Of a DNA stretch of 64,000 bases, positions 49,801-59,753 are shown piece after piece. The notes under the pieces were generated by a model, which saw only the letters and a program-made list of their open reading frames with translations, was not told the origin of the DNA and ran no database searches. Both the position numbers and the translations under genes were made by a program. The first letter of the stretch is position 1, and each line of letters opens with the position of its first letter. Source of the stretch: Eutreptiella sp. 'Long Island Sound 2002' (taxonomy: Eukaryota; Protista; Euglenida); assembly GCA_964036045.1 (NCBI GenBank), contig OZ038378.1, positions 144,460,001-144,524,000 of the forward strand. The letters run 5' to 3'.

Positions 49801-51619
49801 CAAATCTGCTGCTAATTTCTCTACGCAGGTGCTGAATGAAGTCTGTTGCCTGAGATTTAAATGTGGACTCCCCCTCCCTCTGGGCTAGCGGTACGCCCAG
49901 AAATGAACACTTCCCGTCATCCATATCCTTTACGTGCTCAGAAAAAAACAGCCACCGCGTGCCTCGGAAAGCAGCCAGCTCCGCGAGCGTGTCCAGGCAC
50001 TTGTGCAGTCCTCTGCTGCAGGGAGGCGCACGTTGCATCCGGCTGGAACGCGAGCGACATGAGACCACAGCAGTGGATGACGTCAGCCACAAAATGCAGC
50101 CCAGCGACGAACGTGTACGTGGTGAGCAGCAGCAATAACTCATCGCGGCGCTCCTTAGTGCAAGGTATGGGGGCAAGGCAAAAGTGAGCCCTCCCTAGCC
50201 CCTAAAGTGGTGCCCCCAATCTTTGGGAAGAATGCCGCTGCCCTCGAGGGTCGCCTAACCAAGGATCAAAAATTCTATTGCCTTCGGCAGTGCACCTCAA
50301 AGAGACGCTGACAGTCAGCCAATCAGTCCCTTAGCCAGGCCAGCAGTCAGTAAGACAGGAACACACAGTTTGGGTTTTTTGTCCGTGGCAGACGCGGCCC
50401 CAAGTAGTGGGGGGATTGTTCACTTTAGGGCAAGCAGTGGCCGAGCGGTGATGAAGCTGACCTTTTGGTCGGCGGTTCCAACCCCGATCGGGCAAATATG
50501 GCACCGCTGCTGCCGCCGACAGTCAGCCGACCGGGATGCGAACTGCCGACCGAAACTTTTGCGTCGGCTGCATTACCATTCGACCGGCGGTGGTGTGACA
50601 GTGATATGCCTCCCCACTGCTTGGAGCCTTTTGAGCGAAAAATTTTGACCCCCCCCCACCCCACCCCTCAAAAAAGTGATATCTTGTTTTAGGGGCTAGA
50701 GGCCTCAGAATCAAAAAATCCATTGGGGGATGGTCTTATTGGCCAAAATAATGATTTTACAAGGGGTTAGACATCCAATATCATGCCTTGGGGTATGCTA
50801 CGCGAATGACCCCCAAAAAGGGGGAGTATACGACGCCCGCGCCTGCGCTTGATCTAACAACCCCTCTTCGAGGTGATTTTGTCACCACATACATTATGTT
50901 GAAAAAGGGGGGCGGGGTTTTGCGTCGTCAAATGCCCCTAACCCCCCCCCCCCCCACAGACAAGCCTGAGGTAAACGGGTGTCACGGACCCCGACAACAC
51001 CCAGACACCCTGAAGGGTGTTTTTTTTTTAAAATACTATTGTTTGTGTTTTTTTTTCACCCAAAATGTTGTTTTTCTACATCCCTATGACCTCAAATGCA
51101 TTTCCTAGCGCAATTAACATGTTTTTTTAAGGGTTCATAGCATGGTGTCACTCAACAGCTCAACCAATCAACAACACAACCCAGAAAAAAAAACAATGTG
51201 TTGCAGATTGGTTGCTTCGGCCTTGTGACCCGAAGTGGCGTTTTCCCACCATTTTCAATTGTTCCTGCTTGTGTGTTTGCAAATTGATGTATTCCGGTGG
51301 CCAAGGTGTTTTTTAGGTGGGTTTGCCCATGGAGTGCCGGAATGCTCACTGTTATTTCCCGGTGTGCTCTGGATGGTCACTGTAATTTTGGAATGGTTGC
51401 TGTTGTTTCCTGTTGTTTTCTGTTGCACTTTGGATGGTCCTTGTTATTTCCTGGTGCGCTCTGCATGGTCATTGTTATTTCTTGGTGTGCTCTGGATGGT
51501 CGCTCTTGTTTCCCGGTGCGCTCTGGATGGTCACTGTCATTTCTTGGTGTATTCTGGTTGGTCGCTGTTGTTTCCTCTTGCACCCTGGATGGTCACTGTT
51601 TTTTTTCTGGTACCCTTTG

Positions 51620-52684
51620 GATGGTCACTATTATTTCCTGGTCCGTGCACAAGCAACACATGTCACACACAGGCAAACACAAGGCAAAGCAGTGAAGCTG
51701 CACCAAATAAACTGAAACATTGTGCGCGGCTGCAAGAATGCCACGGGCAGAGAACCGGGAGCGGTAGCCCGGAAGGACATTGCCACCAGAGAGCTCGATC
51801 ATAAACAGATCCCCAGGAAATACCTGCAGGGAACCCCCGCTCTTCTCCCATTGGCACACCGCTCGGAACGCTGTCAGGACGCCGTCGCGTACGTGTGGCG
51901 GCAGGGTCCCTAAGGCAGAGGACTTCTGACCATTGGATACCCACATTGCCAGTGCAACATGGTGGGGACCTGAGTGATCATGCTTCTTCACGGCTGAGGC
52001 GCGGAAGTTGCTAGTGCCCTGGGCCCATTCAGGGGAGCCACCAAGCTCGGGGAACATCCGACAAGCAGCGCTTTGCATGAGGTCGTCGATGTATTTCAAC
52101 CACGGCCGCCCCTTTTGCCATTGCTGGCGTAACAGGCGCCGCTGGCCTCGGTTTGGTGGTGGTGGTGGTGGAGAGGCGCAAGCCTTGCAATGAATTGCGT
52201 CACCAACTGCGGTTGTGCAGTGTGCATGAGCGGTGCGCGTGCATTGGGCACATTGTACCACTGGACTTGTCAAAAGACAGTGACGGACCAGGCACACGCA
52301 CATGTAGCAGTGGAACTTGTGTTGTACATCAACAGTACCACATAGTTCATGGGTCTGCTTGCCACAGGAAACACATTTCTTAAGGTGCCCTCCAAACTCA
52401 CTATCGCAGGCACCGCAAACGCGGTTGGCACCGGCAAGACCGCTGGGGATGGATGGTGCTGCGCGGGGTTTTGCAGCAACGGTGGCATTACGGGGGGCTA
52501 CCGTGTTCAGGTCGGTAGTGAAACGCCAGCCGTCGTGGGCACCATTGCGCTTGGCCTCCCGGCTGACTTGGGCGTCATGCAACTTGACACCCTGCTCCCC
52601 CAGGGAACGAGTGGCAGCCAAGACGGATTTGTGGAAGGACCACTCGGCGCCCTCCACGTCTTTCTTCACCCAGACACCAGGCAT
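51620..52684 (-). pseudogene. N-terminal part of hAT transposase: two PHD-like fingers, TTF-type zinc finger, DUF4371-like region
   Basis: CGAC..CVSC..HELC..CYMC and C..C..CAQC..HAHC..CKAC; QQWQKGRPWLKY..AACRMF..GTSNF..VKKHDHSGPHH; probable start MPGVWVKK at 52684. Confidence 0.82.
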
Positions 52685-55600
52685 CAACAAAACATACGCA
52701 AGCAAGAAGGGGAAACAACGGACATGTTCTACGTATTTGCAATGCACGTACCACATCCTATGTCCCACATCCCATACCACACATCCCTGAGCCCACATCC
52801 CATCTACTTTCTTTTTGTCACCTCCTTTGCACCTCTACCTGCTATGTGATCGCCGATTGCACGTATACATACCATGACATATGGACGTAACATCCCAAAT
52901 CCCACATCTCCTATATATGTGTGGCCCCCATTGCACCTCTATTTGCCATTTCATCATAGATTTGCATGCACAATTGCACATGTGTGTTCCCCATTGTAGA
53001 GCTACTTGGTACGTCATGCATGAGGGAAAAAAACAAAAGAACTCTCTGCTAGAAGACGTCGGAGAAACAAGGAATGCCAAAAATATCCAAAAAACAATGG
53101 TTCCTTGGTACCACAAGATGCGTTTGTACCTGATACCACCATGAAAAAACAAAAAAACACCAAAAAACATGAAAAAACACCAAACCGCGGCCAAAAACGG
53201 CCAAAAACGGCAAAAAAACAAAAAAACGCGTTTTTTTGTAAAACACCCGACCTCCGTACCCACTTAGCTCAGGCTTGCAGATGAGAGGATGTTTAGGCGC
53301 CATGGCGAACAGACTGGGTTTTGGGGGTACTGATAGGGGTGAACAAGAGGAACTCAGTGTAGACAATGATAGAGATCAGCCAAACGGACGCTCCACTTAG
53401 GAGATATGCCAATGGCCTGACTTCCCCCAAGGAATGCTGGCTATGTCACGTGTGCACAAGCGGCAGACAAAACAAAGCGCAGAAAATGTGGCTCGTCAGT
53501 GGCCTACAAGACCATAGGTACCTTTCTGTCAAAAGTGAAACGCAAAGATGCCCGCGGGTAGTTCACTGAGCAAACAAAGACAGTAGGCACGCAGGAGTAC
53601 GCCTTGAGCCGCCGCCATGCAGGGCCCACGGGATCTCTATTTATGTCATATACTGAGTTTTGTGACAAATGGAAACGCCGACCCCCCCCCCCTCCCCCCA
53701 CCCACCCCCAACACCCAAATAGGGTGAAAACCACATAACAAGGGGCTACAACATCCTTTACGTAGGATATTTGATACTTTTGGATGGTCAAAATATCAAA
53801 GAAAAAAACTGTTTCAGAAATTTCCATTTTTGAGCTGCCGAGGCTGTAAAACTGCACCAGCAGGTTGTGCCCCGGCCCCCTTGGGACCGCCCCCCCACCC
53901 AAATAGGGTGAAAAACACACAAAAAGTGTCTGAAACATGCTCTACATAGCATATTTCATCATTGTGAGCGGTCACAATATCAATTTTTTTTGCAAAGATT
54001 TCCCATTTTTGACCTGTAGAGGGTGGAAAACTGCTTAGGCAGTTCGTGCACACACCAAACACAAACACAAACACAAATTTTTGGGGGGGCATGGCTCAGG
54101 CTAGATGGGCCCAATGGTCACTACGTGGGCCCCCATTGGTGCTCAAGTACCCGTATTGTCACCAAATGATCACCCAAACCCATCCTAGGGGCAACAGAAG
54201 GGTTTCGGAAAAAGTCGAAATGTGAAAAATTTTCAAGTATCACTACACAACCTACGCAACAGCAATTTTGAGGCTTTCGGGGGACCCATGGCACGGGCTA
54301 CATAGGCCTAGCAGCCACGACATGGGTCCCCACGTGTGCTCAAGTACCCGTATTGTCACCAAATGATCACCCAGACGCATCCTAGGGGCAACGGAAGGGT
54401 TTTATGAACAATCCAATTTCAAAAAACTTTCACGAGCCACTAAACAGCATGTCCGGTGTGAAAACGGTTCAGTCCTCAGTGGCAAGGGGCGGCTCAATCA
54501 TGGTCGGTAATAGATATTCGATACCCCCGCCCAGGCAATTCTAGCCAATGTTCCAAGTGTCAGCAAACAATCATATGGGCGGGGGGGGGGCGACTGGGGG
54601 TACCTGGAGTTGGGACCCAAGACCCCCGCTATGGGTTAGGGGGTCCATATACAAAACAAAGTTCTTCAGGACCCAGGTCCAAATACACACACAGCGGCCA
54701 GTATTGTGGCAGTGGCAGTGACAGTGGCATGCCTACTCTGAGAGAGCAGAGGGTGTGCGGAGGGGGCAGAGGCTGCTGGCCAGACATACCCACTCTTTTT
54801 GGCCCAGGGCAGTAGCCCGTGCGGACATACACGCAGCATCATTGAATGTGCTTTATTCCGCTCCTTCCTCTGAGTGCCAATGCGCATATACTGGAGCCCC
54901 CGCCCCCCTGGCAATCTCCCCCGTTAGCGCGCGACGGTCTCCCGGGTGGGTGGGGCGGCGGTCGTCAGGTGACGGTCTCCCAAAAGGGGGTGGGGGGTTG
55001 CAAGGGTATTGCAAGGCATGGGGATAACGTCCGGTGACTCCGGAGACTTGGGTGATTCAACCACCACAGCCTCTAGCCTTGAGGGTTGAGCGCTCTCATG
55101 ATCCATTGGAGTGACCCCACCAGGGCGTATGTACCCAATGTGATAAAACTGTGGCCCATTTGGTGAAGGGCCCACAACAGTGGCCAACACATGTGCACCA
55201 AGTGTGCGTGAGTGGTACCGTAAACGGTCACAGGCAGAAAACATCTTGCGTCTGAAATATCAACATAACACACCCATACGGCAGCTTTGGAGAGAGAATA
55301 TCACAGAACACATGCAGGTGATTGATTTGAAGCAACGGGAAGCAATGCAAGGCCATGTGTAAGGCAGATGGGCAACACAAACCAGCGCAATAGATATTGA
55401 CCCGAAAAACATGGAAGTGAGGGTCTCCCGTGGGGGGGGGGGGGGTTACACGGAGCATCACTCCTTCCTCTGTGTGCCATTTCGCATACACTGCTAAAAA
55501 AAAAAAGAATGGCAAAAAATTCGGCTTTGTGCAAGATACAAGTGCAAATGTGACACACCAGGTGTGATCCTCGCACAGTACAATGCAGCCTATCAACAAA

Positions 55601-55810
55601 TCCGATCACCAAATCAGGTGCTGACAGGCTCGTTTCAGTGCCATTCACCTGTCACTTGAGCACCAACTGCCTTTGGTTACCCGCAATGCTGCCACCTAAG
55701 ACAGAGAGCAATGGTCAGCTCTCACTGACTGAATGCCCCTGCCATAGGCACTTTCAGCCTTGAGTCCAATGATGTGTGTGTCCTTCATGAAAGCGGCAAT
55801 CCACTATGTA

Positions 55811-56102
55811 CAATGGGGAAGTTCTTGCACTGCGTGCGCACTGCGTGCATACTGCGCACGCAGAGGCTGGGATACTCACCCAAGTAATACAGTTGGTGGT
55901 GACCGTATTATTTCCTCAGAATCCATTTCAGAAAAATGAACAATCCAAAAATATTTGACTATTTATGGAAGCACTTTTCCTTTATAGGAAACCAAGGGCA
56001 CAGGATCATTGTTTTACCACCAAAAGGTAGCTAGGGTGCAAGTATTTGCCGACATCCAAAACTTCGCACTGCATGCGCACCGCGCGCACGGCATTCCCAA
56101 TG
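55811..56102. mobile_element. 292-bp Tc1/mariner-type (Stowaway-like) MITE
   Basis: TA at 55809-55810 and 56103-56104; termini CAATGGGGAA / TTCCCAATG; the paralogous empty site CCACTATGTACTGTGGG lies at ~25864. Confidence 0.8.
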
Positions 56103-58255
56103 TACAGTGGGCTGTGCCCTTATTCAAGTTTCACTCATATAGACAGAAAAAAGGCCATCCGTGCATAGTATAGGACCATCACACCAGCAGCAAAGACGGT
56201 CATCCTCGGCACTCCTCTGCCCTTAGAGGGTGACCACAGGGCCCCTGTGTGTATGTGATTTGGGAGCTGTGTAACCAGACATCCATGACCCCCTAGGGAC
56301 AGTGTCAAATGAGGGGCAGAAAAGGCGAAAATCACAGTGCAGAAAAAACAGGTATTGGGTGAAAAAGGAATATAGTGAGACCAGGAAAAGCAGCGTAAGC
56401 GAGAGGCACTAACATCAGTGCTCAGTGCTCAGAACCGTCAGAACTGGCGGCCCAAGAGATTGTAGATGCCGTGTTGGAGTTACCCCCATCCTCTGCTTCC
56501 TCTCCAGAGTCAAAACTCGGATCAGACATATATTCCAAAATGATAGTGCGAGGACTGGCATCCGCCTGAGCAGAGTGTAGCTGCCACCCAAGGGGCGGCG
56601 GGGGGGGGGGGGTGGGGATGGGCACCAATAAAGCTGCCGATGTGCTGCTATGGCATCCAAAATCGCTAAATTATCACTTGAAATAGCGAAGTTGAGACAC
56701 CCAGTGGCACACCAGGAGCAGAGCTGTCGCCGGCAGACAACAATGTGCAAGTCCTCTGCCACGTCCCGACACTGTGCTCTGAACGTGCAGGCCCTTCTAC
56801 CATGTATCACAGGACATCTGCTCTGCCCGCTCTTCCGGGGCCGGGCGACCAACCCAAGAACCGGCGGTGGTGGTGCATGGGGCAGGGCTGGGCAAACGAC
56901 CCTCGCTGTGGAGAACAGCTGTGCGGTGTACCAGAGGAGGGCAGTCCAGTCATAGTTCCAATTTGCACACCACTGGGGCTGCAACCCTGTGTGTATGCAA
57001 TGTTCCTCAAGACACACCATGTTGAGCCATAGGTGTTCAGTCAATTGGGGATGTGTGTTCCAGCTGTTTGGAAGTTTGCGGAGCGAATCGGCAAAAATCC
57101 CTGAAACCAAACGAATCAGCAGAACAAAGCGATGAAATGCAGAACATATCGGCAAGGCCAGCCGAACTGCCACGCCCGAAGGCATCCCGCATGCACAGAT
57201 AAATATAATCAAATAAATATAATACATAATAATATAATACATACCCCACAGTGAGTGGAGCCAGGCCGGCACCCTAGTACCTAGGGGCCCTGTCATGTCG
57301 AACCTGCGCTTACTGACACAGGTGCATGGGTGGGGGCCCATACTACCTCCAGCTGGCATACATGCTGCCTATTGAGGGGCAGGGAGGCGGTCAGGAGGCG
57401 CCAGTCCCCAGTGGAGCAGCTGGTAGGGTAGATGCAGGGGTGCATGGGCGAGAGGTGGTGTACCCCCCCACCCTTGTAATTCCTGCGGTGACATACAAAC
57501 ATCGCACAAATGCCCCCCAGAGGAGTTGCAAGCGACATGTGGCATGCACAAACACATGCATACAACGTGGAGGGCAGTGGCAAAGCCAAATGGCAGGAAG
57601 AAAGCCACTGCCTGATGTCACACTGGACACATGCGCAGATGCATTTTGGGGGGGGGGTTCCGGCCACAGCAAGCTGGCAAAGTCCGCCAGAAGGCACTCG
57701 AGCAATCTCTCGGAATCAAGGTTCAGAGCCGTCCAATGCTACGATTGTCAAAAAAGGCGATGCGGTAGCAGACATGACACGCAGTAATGATAAGCTGAAT
57801 CTGATACCAGGAAATGCAGTGGGAACCGCCACGCCCGAAGGAATCCCACATGCGCAGATACATATAGTATACAGCCCACAGTGAGTGGAGCCAGGGCCGG
57901 CATTCGTGTGCCTAGGGGCCCTGTCATGTCCAACCTGAGCTTCCTGACAGAGGTGCACATGCACCACCGGGGAGGCCCGCTCTGTGGAAGAGGTGCCAAT
58001 CACCACTATGCGAGCACGTTTGGTTTAGTTACAGTCTTTTATTAGGCATGCCCAGGTGTGCTCTCGAGAAGCTCTCGGATTAAGGGAAGCTATGTACACA
58101 GGGCGGCAGTGCCCCCACGGTACAAGCGTGTTCCACGGCAATGCCTGGAGGGCGTAAATCAACGGTGCCACGTGGTCCTGTCTCCTGCATATGTACCCTT
58201 TGGGGACCATGCCTACAGGCAAGAGGGTGTACAATGCAATTTGATGCGTGGCGTA

Positions 58256-59710
58256 CTAAGCGCTGGCTGACCCGGCATCGCTGCTGATGGGTCCTTCAGA
58301 CCCCATATCGCTGCCCCCTTCTGTGAAGGAGTCATTGTCTTCGTGGGAGAAGAGATCTTGGAACACTGAGTGCACCTGAATCCCCATCTCGGCGCATGTG
58401 TTCAACAGCGTTGAAAGGAAGCCGTCGGTAACCTCGTTGCTCGAGGAATTTGCCGTGACTGAGGCCATGTTCTCAAGAAAGGCTCTGCGCCAGTTTTCCA
58501 GTAGTTTAAGGTGCGTTGTGGGGAACACCACCATGCTGGGCAACGTGTTGGCAGGCCTTGGCTGATGCTTACTGAGACGAGGCTGCGTAATGAAGACATT
58601 ATTGTCGGACACCTCATCAAAAACGCTCACATGGCTTGCTCCAACATCAAAAGTCTCATCCACCAGACAAACATGGCTCCATTTCTTGCCACCCCAGTGA
58701 CAGTTGAGGATGAATTCCTCAATTTGCGTCTTTGCCAGTTGTGCTGCTTGAAGCATCAATCCAGGCAGTGGGCAGCGCAGAGAAAGACGAACCAGATCAG
58801 CACCATTGGCAGCAGCAAACTTCGAAAACTGTGTATGAACGTGGCCACTTGTATCCGAATGGACTCCATATGGTCCCAAAGCCATCACAATGACCAAGCG
58901 TTCGGAAACGGGAGCCTTCGCAAACGTTGGTTGGAAAGGCGGAAGCCCAGCAACTATGTCCACTATCGTAGTGACTTGCTTGCACGTGCGTTGTTGCATT
59001 GCCTTCAGGGGCTCCAACTCCAACTTGCTTCGCATATCCAACTTCGCCAGTTGTCTTTCTATCACCATCTTCTCGTGACCCAATTGACGGTTGGCCTTCT
59101 TCAATTGTGCAACGCGCATCTTCACTTCCTGAACGATTGCCTTCTTCTCCCTTGCAAACTCTGCTTGATGCTGCCGCAACCTTGATCGCTCCTTTGAGCA
59201 CTCTTGAGCCAAATTGAGCAGGAAATCATTATCCTCCGCCTCATTGGCAAGGTCCAAACCCTCCATCTTCATGTAAGTCAAGCATTGGAGGGCCGTGGAG
59301 AAGAGCAACTTCTTCTGGTGGAATGCAATTTCGCCATTCTCAAATTTCTCCCAACGTGTTGCCGGCTCAGAATTGTCACCAAACCGTTTCAAATAATTGG
59401 CGGCTTGCCTTTGTTGCCGTCTTGCTAAATCTCCAATTCGCTTCTGCATCCAATTAGCAGGCAATTGGTCACGAATACCTCCCTCCGAGGGACGAAGGCT
59501 ATCTTGACACCCTGTGGAATCACCGTCACATGACAATACGCCATCATCCACAAAACTTGATGTGAGTTCCTCACATGGATGATACAATGGTGTGGGGCGG
59601 CCTGGCTCCAAAACATGGCCATATCTGGTTGACCCTTGAAAACTATACGGATCATGCACCATTAGATCAGACTTCGCAGTAATGAGTGATGGCATGAAAG
59701 AGGACATCAT
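58256..59710 (-). CDS. Second copy of the intronless 485-aa protein (retrocopy B)
   Basis: Open, same length; four amino-acid differences from copy A (SC>LY, P>S, T>A) and about four synonymous changes seen. Confidence 0.85.
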   Translation of the reverse strand: MMSSFMPSLITAKSDLMVHDPYSFQGSTRYGHVLEPGRPTPLYHPCEELTSSFVDDGVLSCDGDSTGCQDSLRPSEGGIRDQLPANWMQKRIGDLARRQQRQAANYLKRFGDNSEPATRWEKFENGEIAFHQKKLLFSTALQCLTYMKMEGLDLANEAEDNDFLLNLAQECSKERSRLRQHQAEFAREKKAIVQEVKMRVAQLKKANRQLGHEKMVIERQLAKLDMRSKLELEPLKAMQQRTCKQVTTIVDIVAGLPPFQPTFAKAPVSERLVIVMALGPYGVHSDTSGHVHTQFSKFAAANGADLVRLSLRCPLPGLMLQAAQLAKTQIEEFILNCHWGGKKWSHVCLVDETFDVGASHVSVFDEVSDNNVFITQPRLSKHQPRPANTLPSMVVFPTTHLKLLENWRRAFLENMASVTANSSSNEVTDGFLSTLLNTCAEMGIQVHSVFQDLFSHEDNDSFTEGGSDMGSEGPISSDAGSASA

Positions 59711-59725
59711 GAACGACGACTCACT

Positions 59726-59753
59726 GGAAAAAGAAATAGACACTCAGAAAGTG
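59726..59753 (-). other. Genomic relic of the euglenid spliced leader, copy B
   Basis: Minus strand CACTTTCTGAGTGTCTATTTCTTTTTCC. Confidence 0.9.

Larger units (their letters stand above)
39334..51722. repeat. Tandem array of ~2325-bp units (5 full plus a partial sixth)
   Basis: GAGGTAAACGGG starts at 39341, 41670, 43992, 46318, 48640 and 50968. Confidence 0.97.
39334..53277 (-). mobile_element. 13.9-kb composite hAT element
   Basis: 8-bp TSD CAGATGAG at 39326-39333 and 53278-53285. 20-bp TIRs CAAGGCTGAGGTAAACGGGT and (reverse complement) CAAGCCTGAGCTAAGTGGGT match at 16/20. hAT transposase fragments lie inside. Confidence 0.9.
32053..53700 (-). mobile_element. Penelope-like retroelement (~5.5 kb after removing two nested insertions), with direct terminal repeats and no endonuclease seen
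   Basis: PLE-type RT motifs; 270-bp direct repeats at both ends; absent from the paralogous site at ~61540, where only a poly-C run remains. Confidence 0.78.
25855..55795. repeat. Copy A of an ~8.5-kb tandem segmental duplication (25855-32052 joined to ~53690-55795), interrupted by a 21.6-kb insertion
   Basis: 25864-32052 matches 56105-61540; 53700-55370 matches 61550-64000. Both copies carry the 485-aa ORF at an offset of 29707 bp. Confidence 0.85.

Noticed and set aside
39623-51804. Hydrophobic 155-283-aa plus-strand ORFs in each tandem unit
   Set aside because: They are translations of the T-rich region and the 31-bp minisatellite, antisense to the transposase, and their lengths change with homopolymer indels.
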